A stretch of 64,000 nt of DNA, taken from positions 5,416 to 69,415 of the forward strand of contig JAJYWA010000001.1 of the NCBI GenBank assembly GCA_021791755.1, given 5' to 3'. Each line of letters opens with the position of its first letter. Within the stretch, counting starts at the first letter, position 1. Made by a program: the position numbers and the translations under genes. Below, in pieces: positions 17,079 to 24,588 of this stretch. This DNA comes from Actinomycetes bacterium. GTDB lineage: Bacteria > Actinomycetota > Acidimicrobiia > Acidimicrobiales > JAJZXF01. The notes beneath the pieces were generated by a model. It was not told where the DNA came from and searched no databases. It worked only from the letters and a program-made list of their open reading frames with translations.

Positions 17079-17106
17079 AGGTTCTATGGTATCAAGTTGA
17101 TACCAT
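17075..17106 (-). promoter_or_regulatory. nested palindromic operator at the RHH/Doc operon start
   Basis: A 15-bp palindrome 'ccatag gtt ctatgg' (17075-17089) covers the ATG itself. It overlaps a 21-bp perfect palindrome 'atggtatcaa g ttgataccat' (17086-17106). The stretch is locally AT-rich. Confidence 0.5.
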
Positions 17107-17669
17107 CAGGGCATCGCCTACTTCTGTTGCTTCGACGCCTTTACACTTCGGCGCTTGTCGCTCCTTGGTGGCTGCCCTGATAGCGGACGATGGCATTCGA
17201 ACAAGCCGTAGACGGTACCGCCAACTCTCTGCTGGTCGCCTCGCGGGCAACCAGCACGACGCGGATCCCCTTGGTTGCTCTCATCCGGCGGCTGAAGTCG
17301 GACATATTGCGGCTGCTGGCAGACACCTCCATCAGTAGCTAGGCGCCGTTGACCGATACAGCTTGTCCGTGGTCTGCAGCGACCACAAGAATTCCACACT
17401 GATGACCGGCTCGGAGACCTCCTCGGCGTGCTTGCCGGCGCCGCTCGGAAGGAGAAGTTCGACGCCTACCGCAAGCTCGGACTCCAGCTGACCCACGACC
17501 CAGCCCGCAGAGAGCGACCGACGAGTCGCACCTCAGGCCCGACGGCAACAACTCGCCGCCACGATGCCGACGGCAAAACACGTGCCTGACCTCGGGCGCG
17601 CCGACCAAGCCGCCCGAACGCGTGGGCCAGAGTCAGTGAATGGAGGACTGATGGCTCTGCACGGACTTT

Positions 17670-17696
17670 CCCCTGTGTCAGGAGTCCTGGAGTCAG
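17670..17696. repeat. 27-bp repeat, copy B (inverted partner of 3925..3951)
   Basis: 'cccctgtgtcaggagtcctggagtcag'. It lies inside the zinc-ribbon-coding part of a serine-recombinase remnant. Confidence 0.9.
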
Positions 17697-18189
17697 GTGC
17701 GGATGCTGTCGACGTGTCATCCAGGGCGCGGTCGGCGGTCGGCGGACCTACTACCGCTGCAAGTTCGCCGACGAGTACGCCCTCGCCAGCGAGCTCAGGC
17801 ACCCCAAGTCGGTCAACCTCCACGAAGACGGCCTAGTACACCCAGCTCGATGCCTGGCTGGCTCAACTCTTCGGAGAGGAGCACCCGGACGACACCTGCT
17901 CGGCCATGACCGAGGCCATGGCCGAGCAGCCGGCCATCGTTGCCGAGTGGATCAAACAGGTGACCAAAGAACGAGCGTCGGCTGAGGCGGAGTTGGAGCA
18001 GGTACGCCTCACCTCGACCGGGCAAATAAGCATCGCCCAGCTCCGTGCCGAACTGGAAACGGTCGGCGGGCTCCTCCCCTGCCCGAGTCGAGCAACCCAG
18101 TACCTGAAGGCCCGCTTCTACGAAGAAGTCGGCCTCGAAGGCACTTACGATCCCCACGCGAAATTCCTCGAGGCACGTGTCCTCAACGG

Positions 18190-18208
18190 TCGTGTCGGAG
18201 GGGGGACT
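18190..18208. repeat. 19-bp direct repeat = displaced copy of the tRNA-Leu 3' end (att-like)
   Basis: 'tcgtgtcggaggggggact' is identical to 20986-21004. Confidence 0.9.
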
Positions 18209-18307
18209 CGCTGCAACCCGCAATACGAGGTAGGGACCACCGAACTGTGGCTCTAAGCAGCCTGAACAGGTAATACGATGAGACTCACCGGACGGTGCTC
18301 GGGGATT

Positions 18308-18343
18308 GCTGCAAGACTGCCTAGAAGTGTGTAGTCTTGCAGC
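18308..18343 (+). promoter_or_regulatory. 11-bp inverted repeat abutting the antitoxin start codon (operator or RBS-occluding hairpin)
   Basis: 'gctgcaagact' (18308-18318) and 'agtcttgcagc' (18333-18343) are separated by a 14-nt spacer. The ATG is at 18345. Confidence 0.45.
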
Positions 18344-18344
18344 C

Positions 18345-18647
18345 ATGAGCGCACTCCGTATGCCTGTCGCCACCGCCGCACGCAAGGGTGTCTCGAAGCT
18401 CGCCGCGGAAGCCGAGACACATCGGGTCATTCTCACCAGTCACGGCCGTCCGGTGGCCGTTGTGGATTCAGCCGAACGCCTCGACGAGGACATTCGGCGA
18501 GTCCGTGAGGCAAGTCAGTTGGTCGTCGAAGCCGCTGGGGAGCTGGCTCTCCAACGCTCCAACCGGCTGTCCCTGGAAGATGTGTGTGCCAGGTTGAACA
18601 TCGACCCTCAACGAGTCCGCTCCCGTGCGGCAGCGAAGCGAGGGTGA
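18345..18647 (+). CDS. Phd/YefM-type antitoxin
   Basis: 'VSKLAAEAETHRVILTSHGRPVAVVDSAERLDE' is a Phd/YefM signature. Start taken at ATG 18345 within ORF 18306..18647. Its stop overlaps the next start (GTGA, 18644-18647). Confidence 0.75.
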   Translation: MSALRMPVATAARKGVSKLAAEAETHRVILTSHGRPVAVVDSAERLDEDIRRVREASQLVVEAAGELALQRSNRLSLEDVCARLNIDPQRVRSRAAAKRG

Positions 18648-19369
18648 GACGCGGGAGCCGATTACCTGACGATCAAGCCGAGATCGTCTTCTCCGACATC
18701 ATCATCGAGCAGCTGGAGCAGTTCACCGAGGACCAACGGATCGACGTTCTCGCCGAGATCATCCACCTCTGTGATGACCCCGGAGGCAAGCATCCGCTCC
18801 ACACTCCCCTCTCGGGATGGAACACGCTCGACGCCTTGGGCGCCGAGTTTCGGGTGGTGTACAAAGCCACCGTTCCTGGCGGCGTCGGACTCTTGGAAGT
18901 GCTCTGCATCGGACCTCGGTCGGATTCGGAGGTCTACGACATGGCAATTGGCATTACCCGAACCGGCCTCCTGTCCGAAGATGAGGTCACCCAGCTCTGG
19001 GAAGCAATCGGCCTCTTGGATGTCATGACCGAGGATATCGGCTTGGAGGGATGGGACTACCGTCCCGCGGCCGCCTCCGAAGGCATGCGTCGAGCTGCCG
19101 TCAGCTCAGGGTTGCTCAGCCAAGACACTGCGAACCTCTTGGCCAAAGACGAGCTGGAAGCTGCCATGACCTCCGGGTGGGGGCCGGATGGGGCCGATCC
19201 AGAGAAGGCACTCCTCGCCGCCCTGGAGCGCGCCCGCGGGAGCGCAGACTTCTCCGTCCGCAAGATTCTAGAAGTCCGCAGAGACGACCGGTGCGGGGCC
19301 TTCATGGTCAGAACAAGATCAACCTGCGTCCGCCGGGCCGGTCACCCCGGTCCACACCGTTCGGGGTAA
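18644..19369 (+). CDS. RelE/ParE-like toxin domain with a ~125-aa uncharacterised C-terminal extension
   Basis: The N-terminal ~110 aa, 'GKHPLHTPLSGWNTLDALGAEFRVVYKATVPGGVGLLEVLCIGPRSDSEVY', follow the RelE/ParE pattern (G..L.G....R.G.YRvvY.....v.vl.ig.R..vY). The C-terminal part has no recognisable family and ends 'RCGAFMVRTRSTCVRRAGHPGPH'. Confidence 0.65.
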   Translation: MRRGSRLPDDQAEIVFSDIIIEQLEQFTEDQRIDVLAEIIHLCDDPGGKHPLHTPLSGWNTLDALGAEFRVVYKATVPGGVGLLEVLCIGPRSDSEVYDMAIGITRTGLLSEDEVTQLWEAIGLLDVMTEDIGLEGWDYRPAAASEGMRRAAVSSGLLSQDTANLLAKDELEAAMTSGWGPDGADPEKALLAALERARGSADFSVRKILEVRRDDRCGAFMVRTRSTCVRRAGHPGPHRSG

Positions 19370-19679
19370 TTCTTCATAAGAGAAGTTAGCTGCGAGCGTC
19401 TTGTCCTTGCGCCCCGTCACTTCGTGGAGCACTCGTCACATTTGCCGAAGCGCAGATCGTCTCTAATCCAAGCTCCGGTAATCCTCGCTTCACCGAGGCC
19501 GACTGGGGAATACGTCCGCCGGCTCACCACCGGCAACCTGGTAGGCGAGCTCCAGGCCGCCCTCGACGCGGTGAGCGCCGCTGACCCGTTACTCGGCGTT
19601 GCACAGACCCCGACGCCAATTCCAGCTACTGATCTGTCCCCGCCCGTCGAGTGATCATCATTGACTAGTGCCTGGCAGT

Positions 19680-19717
19680 CCGCTTGGCCGTGTTCGCTTG
19701 GCCGTGTTCGCTTGGCC
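19680..19717. repeat. 14-bp tandem repeat 'cgcttggccgtgtt', 2.7 copies
   Basis: Read directly: 19680-19693, 19694-19707, and a partial copy at 19708-19717. Confidence 0.9.
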
Positions 19718-20120
19718 GCAGGGAGCTAGCCGTTCGCTCTCCCCGATGACGAGGTGGACTTGCCCACCAGCCGGCACTGGCGATTACCCCAAGCCCTCCA
19801 CAGATCCCGGCAGGGGCAGCTCTCGCGTCTACTCGACGGGTTTGGCCCCTCGGCTCGCGATGGCGTCCGCCATCCGCATACCGAGATGTTCGGAGTCCTC
19901 GATCCCTGCCCCCCCGGACAAGGCGGCCATCGCCGCGTCCCGCTACGGCCCGAATGCCCAGTGGCTCGACTCTCCAGCCTGACGGCGCTCGTCACCGCCG
20001 GGCACGCCACCCGGTCCTGTCGTCCCATCCACCCACGATCCTGTCCGAGTCCCACCGACCAAGTGCCTCTCGACACACACTCACCACCAGCGCCGTCAGG
20101 CCACCGAGAGGTGAGGATCC

Positions 20121-20990
20121 TTGCCTTTGCTCCCCTCCCCTGCCACACTCACAGCCAGGAAGCCCAAGGCTCCGTCATCGCGAATTTCGATGATCGAAAA
20201 ACGCGAAGATCGGCTGATCACAGACACGGTTCCAAGGGCCAGGCTTTCTCCGCGCCGAGACCACCTGGCGCCAGGCGCAGACCGACTGGGCTCCTGCCAC
20301 CCCCGGACCACCCCCGGACCACGACCCGGGCGACCCGAGCACAGCCGCTATGCACTGTGGGGCTTGCTGATCTGCGCTCGCTGTGGCCACATGATGCAAG
20401 GGCACGTCGTCAGCCGCCGCAACGGCGCCCAACGTCTCGGCTACCAATGCACCTACCGCAACGACTATCCCGGCGACGACAGCCACCCCACGACCCTCTT
20501 CGTGGCCGAGTATCGCGTCCTGCCCGCCGTCGATCACTGGCTGGCCGACCTGACCTCGCCCGAACGACTCGACGCCACCGTGTCCGACATCCTCGAAGCC
20601 GATCGGCGGCAGCTCGATGAGCCCCGCCCGGGCTTCGCCGTCCACGCCGCCAGGCGACCGACGCCCGCAAGCGGCTCGATCAGTACCTCGCTGCGCTCGA
20701 CGCGGGAATGGACCCTGGTCTGATCACCGAGCGCACCCGAACGGCCCAAGCCGATCTCGCCGCCGCCGAGGCCGTTATCGACGCCTAGGAGTCCTCCGGC
20801 CCACGCAAGATGACGGGCCTACAGGTGTACGGGTTACTCGAAAGCGTCGGGGGCTTGACCGCCCTTCTAATCGAGGCCGACACCAAGGTACGCCAGCCTG
20901 TCTACCGTTCGGCCGGCGTCCACCTGCGTTGGAGGCGCACCGACAAGGGGGAGAAGATCACGGCCTGCCAACACGTGGGGTTGTTTCGTG
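20121..20990 (+). pseudogene. large serine recombinase remnant (zinc-ribbon to C-terminus, frameshifted) running into the tRNA-Leu 3' end
   Basis: 'YALWGLLICARCGHMMQGHVVSRRNGAQRLGYQCTYRNDYPGDDSHPTTLFVAEYRVLPAVDHWL'. Other frames then give '...KRLDQYLAALDAGMDPGLITERT...' and '...VYRSAGVHLRWRRTDKGEKITACQHVGLFRVGGGT*'. No resolvase catalytic domain is present. Confidence 0.6.
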
Positions 20991-21004
20991 TCGGAGGGGG
21001 GACT
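20986..21004. repeat. 19-bp direct repeat (tRNA-Leu 3' end, partner of 18190..18208)
   Basis: 'tcgtgtcggaggggggact'. Positions 20989-21004 are the last 16 nt of the tRNA. Confidence 0.9.
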
Positions 21005-21072
21005 TGAACCCCCACGCCCTTGCGGGCACTAGCCCCTCAAGCTAGCGCGTCTGCCTATTCCGCCACTCCGAC
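20989..21072 (-). tRNA. tRNA-Leu (anticodon GAG)
   Basis: Hand-folded cloverleaf. Acceptor GTCGGAG/CTCCGAC, a 3-bp D stem, anticodon stem CTAGC/GCTAG with loop TTGAGGG, a long variable arm (GCCC-GCAA-GGGC), and T arm GGGGG-TTCAAGT-CCCCC. Discriminator A; CCA is not encoded. Confidence 0.9.
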
Positions 21073-21393
21073 AAGGTAATTATGGGAAAAGCCAATCTGA
21101 GACCATCTGCATCGCCCGCTGGTTCGCCAGACCGATATGCATCTCGCCGCTGAACACCCAACCGCTCCGTGATCACCAGGATCACTATGGAACAGAAGAG
21201 CTCCACAGCTACGACGAGCGCTCTGAGCACCAGGTAGATCGACAACGACTTCAATAATCATAGGCGATCGCCCGCCCGCCCGCCTCATGCCCTGCCCAGC
21301 CTGCCACGAGCCACCACGAGCCTGCCACCGAGAGCCCGTACCAAGCCGCTAGCCGCCAGCGACCCGCTTGCTCGCCTCACCGACGATGCCCAC

Positions 21394-23340
21394 CTATGAC
21401 CCCGCTTGTGCGGAACCCTGCTTTGGGGCCGGCACGAGAACCTCCCATCGCTGGGCATGCCAAGTGAGACCTTTCATGCTCGCCGCGCCCTGGATGCCCA
21501 GGATTCGGCTGTCCTTCACGATGAGGCTAGGAAGCTGGAACAGCGGAAGAGAGACCATGTCCGCCCAGAGCAACGCGTCGAGGTGAGCATAGGAAACGAA
21601 GGATCGTGACGGGTCCAGCTCCCCGATAGCCTGTGCGTAAAGAGCGTCAACACGAAGGTCCTCGAAGCGCGTGAAGTCACGCAGCCCACCAGGCCCGCCC
21701 GGAGCGACCATCGCGGCAGTTGGCCCGATCGAGCCAGGAGTGGTTGCGCCGTCCACGCCTGGCGCTGCACCCGCCGGGAGAAGGGTCCTCGGGGCCCCCG
21801 ATCCCAGGGTCCTGCTCATTACCTCGGAGTACTGATCAACGCTCACAGACGGAAAGGGGCTTGCCGTCACCCTGACAAGAGCGATGTCATAGTTCCCACT
21901 CGGAAGGATTTTCCCATAGAGGGTGGCAGCGCTCGCGTTCTCTGCTGTCACGAGGACTCCAAGACGCCGCATCTGCTCCTCGAAAAGCTTCTCCACCTGC
22001 ATGTCGAGCGGGCTGTTCCGATCGGCGGCGATCCGGAGGGTCAGGGTTTGGCCCGCGAGCTGGAAGTACCCTGACGGGCCTTGCACGAACCCAGCGCTCT
22101 CGAGCAGCTTGCGCGCTGTGGCAATATGCGGACGGTCGTAGCCGGCGCCTGCGCTCGTATAGCCAGCTTGCGATGGAAGCAGCAGGTGATCTCCGACGAG
22201 CCCTATGTGTGACATTACCTGGCCTAACGTGGCATTGAGAATGGCTTCCCGGTCAGTTGCCTTTGCGATCGCCTGACGAACTGCGGTGATCGCCAGCAAA
22301 GGACTCGCCTCGTTGAAGTCGAGCTGCAGAAAGGACGAGCTGAGCCCCAAGTCGAAGGTAGCCCACGGCAGGGAGCTCAGGGCCGCGAGATCGCCCATCT
22401 GCGCTGATGTAATAGGGGCCATGTACGCCATTGAAGCCTTGCGCTGCAGAATGGCTTGGAGCTCCCCCGAAAGACCTGCGACGATCCGGAACACGATCTT
22501 CGCCACCCGTGGCTTGGCGCCCCACCACCGCGGGTTCCTCGTCAGGACGATCTGGGCGCCGGGCGAGAACGAGCTGATCATGTACGGCCCGCCCGAGATG
22601 ACGTCACGTGGGTTGAAGGAGTTGAAGCCAGTGTTCCAACCAGCGCGAAGCGCTATATGCGCTGGCGCCAAGTCGTTGAAGAGCGACATCCAGTCTGCGA
22701 ACGGTGTCTTGAAGACCACCGTCACGGTCTTTCCTCCGTTCGACCCTGTAACGGACTGGATCTCCCTGTAGCCGAACGTCGACGCGTCACTGAATGGCAC
22801 GCCGCCCACGTCTGTGCCGATACCAGCGCTTGCCTGCCAGTTGTAAATGAAGTCAGCTGCGCTGATCGGCACACCGTCAGACCAGGTCGCGCTTGGATTG
22901 ATCTGGTAGACGACGGTCTGCGGGTCGAGGCGTACGAGCTCAGCGCTCGTAACGACGTTCGTGTTCAGTGAGGGCCCAAGGCCGGATGTCATCCTGAAGA
23001 CCTGGGGCCAGACCTGTTGCATGACCATCCTGGCCAAAGGCGTGGACCCTTGGACAGTGTTGGGATTGAAGCTGTTGATGACGCCATGGACAGCCACCAC
23101 TACGGTCTGATCGTGCCCAACGACCATGTGCACCACATAGTGGCCACGCGTCGTGATCCCACCACTGGACCCGAAAACGCCGCACCCCGAGGCGACCACA
23201 AGAATGGCGCTGGCCAGCGCGAGAGCGAGCCAGGCCGGTGTCGCCTTGACCTGGCCCGGCCTCAGGTTTCGCTCGGAGACCGCCGACTTTTGCGTAGGCC
23301 CTGGCACTAAGGCTCGCCAGGACACGAGACGCCTCCTCAC
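21394..23340 (-). CDS. ABC transporter substrate-binding lipoprotein, family 5 (peptide/nickel type)
   Basis: 648 aa. Lipobox 'LVVASGCG'. 'GGPYMISSFSPGAQIVLTRNPRWWGAKPRV' is typical of DppA/OppA-like binding proteins. The GTG start overlaps the secG stop (GTGA, 23337-23340). Confidence 0.88.
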   Translation of the reverse strand: MRRRLVSWRALVPGPTQKSAVSERNLRPGQVKATPAWLALALASAILVVASGCGVFGSSGGITTRGHYVVHMVVGHDQTVVVAVHGVINSFNPNTVQGSTPLARMVMQQVWPQVFRMTSGLGPSLNTNVVTSAELVRLDPQTVVYQINPSATWSDGVPISAADFIYNWQASAGIGTDVGGVPFSDASTFGYREIQSVTGSNGGKTVTVVFKTPFADWMSLFNDLAPAHIALRAGWNTGFNSFNPRDVISGGPYMISSFSPGAQIVLTRNPRWWGAKPRVAKIVFRIVAGLSGELQAILQRKASMAYMAPITSAQMGDLAALSSLPWATFDLGLSSSFLQLDFNEASPLLAITAVRQAIAKATDREAILNATLGQVMSHIGLVGDHLLLPSQAGYTSAGAGYDRPHIATARKLLESAGFVQGPSGYFQLAGQTLTLRIAADRNSPLDMQVEKLFEEQMRRLGVLVTAENASAATLYGKILPSGNYDIALVRVTASPFPSVSVDQYSEVMSRTLGSGAPRTLLPAGAAPGVDGATTPGSIGPTAAMVAPGGPGGLRDFTRFEDLRVDALYAQAIGELDPSRSFVSYAHLDALLWADMVSLPLFQLPSLIVKDSRILGIQGAASMKGLTWHAQRWEVLVPAPKQGSAQAGS

Positions 23341-23618
23341 TGCATGCGTAGCGCCAGCGAAAGGGTCGTGAAGGTGAAGATAACAGCGAGCGTGATCGTG
23401 ATGCGATCCAGGTTCTTCTCCACAACCGTCGACCCGGACGCCGTCGTGCCCATCGATGCCCCGAACATGTCAGAGAGCCCACCGCCCCTGCCACTGTGCA
23501 TGAGGATAAGCATGATGAGGCCCAGAGACACCAGTACCTGGAGCACGATCAGCACGATGGTAAGCAAGTTTCTTCCTCCCAGGGAAAGCTCATCGGCCTG
23601 CACAGGCCGGATAGACAC
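23337..23618 (-). CDS. secG: preprotein translocase subunit SecG
   Basis: 'LLTIVLIVLQVLVSLGLIMLILMHSGRGGGLSDMFG' followed by a second TM segment. The start may be internal. Confidence 0.85.
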   Translation of the reverse strand: MSIRPVQADELSLGGRNLLTIVLIVLQVLVSLGLIMLILMHSGRGGGLSDMFGASMGTTASGSTVVEKNLDRITITLAVIFTFTTLSLALRMQ

Positions 23619-23700
23619 AAACTATTGCTCAGGCGAGCGCCGCTGGCGGGCGACCCTGCCGACGCGAGCAACGCTAGCAGGAGTCGAGCCACCGCCGCCG

Positions 23701-24516
23701 TCAGCCAGCGCGAGCCGCCGCGGAGATGATCGCTGCGAATGAACCCGCATCCAAGCTGGCGCCGCCGACCAGGACGCCGTCGAACCCAGTCGCCGTCAGC
23801 ATCTCCCTGGTATTGTCCGGGTTCACCGAGCCTCCGTACTGGATCCGGATCGACCTGGAGGCTCCGTCTCCCGACAGCCCGGCCACGACCGAACGAATCA
23901 AGTCGCATGCCTGCCGAGCCTCAGGAACCGATGGCGTCAAACCAGTGCCGATGGCCCAGATCGGCTCGTAAGCAAACACCAGCCGTGCTGTCGCTTCCTC
24001 CTCCAGACCCGCAATCGCAGCAGTGACCTGAGCTTCGACGCGATCCGCGGTAGAGCCTCGCTCGCGCTCATCAAACGTCTCGCCTACGCAGACTATCGGC
24101 CGCATGCGATGTCGGAGAACGGCATCCAGCTTCGCCCTGACCACCTCATCGGTCTCACCAGATAGCACCCGGCGCTCCGAGTGTCCCACTATCACGTACT
24201 CGACATGCAGCTTGGCAAGCATCGCCGCGCTCACTTCACCGGTGAACGCGCCGGCATCCTCGAAATGACAGTTCTGAGCACCCAACTTGAACGGCATGTC
24301 GTCTGACTCGATAACTGTCTGAACGGAACGAAGCGAAGTGAACGGCGGGTGGATGGACACCTCTACCTTGCGGAGGTCGTCATCGGACGCCATAAGACCA
24401 AGCGCCTGCACTGTTCTAATCGCTGAAAGGTGATCATGGTTCATCTTCCAGTTGCCACTGACCAGCATCCGGCGGTTCGCTACGGCGCCTTGATCAGACA
24501 TTGCCGGCCCTTGCAT
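23701..24516 (-). CDS. tpiA: triosephosphate isomerase
   Basis: 'VSGNWKMN', 'VIVGHSERR' and 'AYEPIWAIGTG' are the catalytic motifs. Confidence 0.95.
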   Translation of the reverse strand: MQGPAMSDQGAVANRRMLVSGNWKMNHDHLSAIRTVQALGLMASDDDLRKVEVSIHPPFTSLRSVQTVIESDDMPFKLGAQNCHFEDAGAFTGEVSAAMLAKLHVEYVIVGHSERRVLSGETDEVVRAKLDAVLRHRMRPIVCVGETFDERERGSTADRVEAQVTAAIAGLEEEATARLVFAYEPIWAIGTGLTPSVPEARQACDLIRSVVAGLSGDGASRSIRIQYGGSVNPDNTREMLTATGFDGVLVGGASLDAGSFAAIISAAARAG

Positions 24517-24588
24517 GGCAAGTGGGCTCCGTCACAAGCAGGCGAAGCTCCCGCCAGCCGGCAGCGAACGCCCACGCGTGGTGTCGCG

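Larger units (their letters stand above)
17665..18256 (+). pseudogene. large serine recombinase remnant (zinc-ribbon to C-terminus, frameshifted, no catalytic domain)
   Basis: 'RCGCCRRVIQGAVGGRRTYYRCKFADEYALASELRHPKSVNLHEDGL', then an in-frame TAG at 17833-17835 (HEDGL*), then 'YTQLDAWLAQLF' in the same frame. After a frameshift, 17906..18256 gives '...ARFYEEVGLEGTYDPHAKFLEARVLNGRVGGGT...'. Further possible recombinase scraps at 17140-17560 on both strands are not annotated. Confidence 0.6.
2390..20988. mobile_element. tRNA-Leu-associated accessory/defence island built from decayed integrative elements
   Basis: Bounded by core genes (gpmA on the left; tRNA-Leu and the secG-gap cluster on the right). 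It contains 2 transposase and at least 2 serine-recombinase remnants, att-like repeats, 3 TA pairs and an R-M-like cassette. The left boundary is inferred, not marked by a repeat. Confidence 0.55.

Noticed and set aside
17621-17649. Possible third, decayed copy of the tRNA-Leu att core ('cgtg...ggaggact') after another recombinase-tail-like frame ('FDAYRKLGLQLTHDP', about 17440-17520)
   Set aside because: Only the two ends of the 19-mer match, with about 17 unrelated nt between them. That is not distinguishable from chance by eye. The 17120-17560 region also yields conflicting recombinase-like readings on both strands.
19754-20620. 288-aa Pro/Arg-rich ORF
   Set aside because: No family signal. 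It overlaps the frame that carries the recognisable serine-recombinase zinc-ribbon remnant. It probably reflects decayed, non-coding DNA.
21042-21254. 70-aa ORF with a hydrophobic N-terminus (TTG start) next to tRNA-Leu
   Set aside because: Its 3' end overlaps 31 nt of the tRNA gene. It has a weak TTG start, no RBS, and a second overlapping ORF in another frame. The evidence is insufficient to call a small membrane protein.
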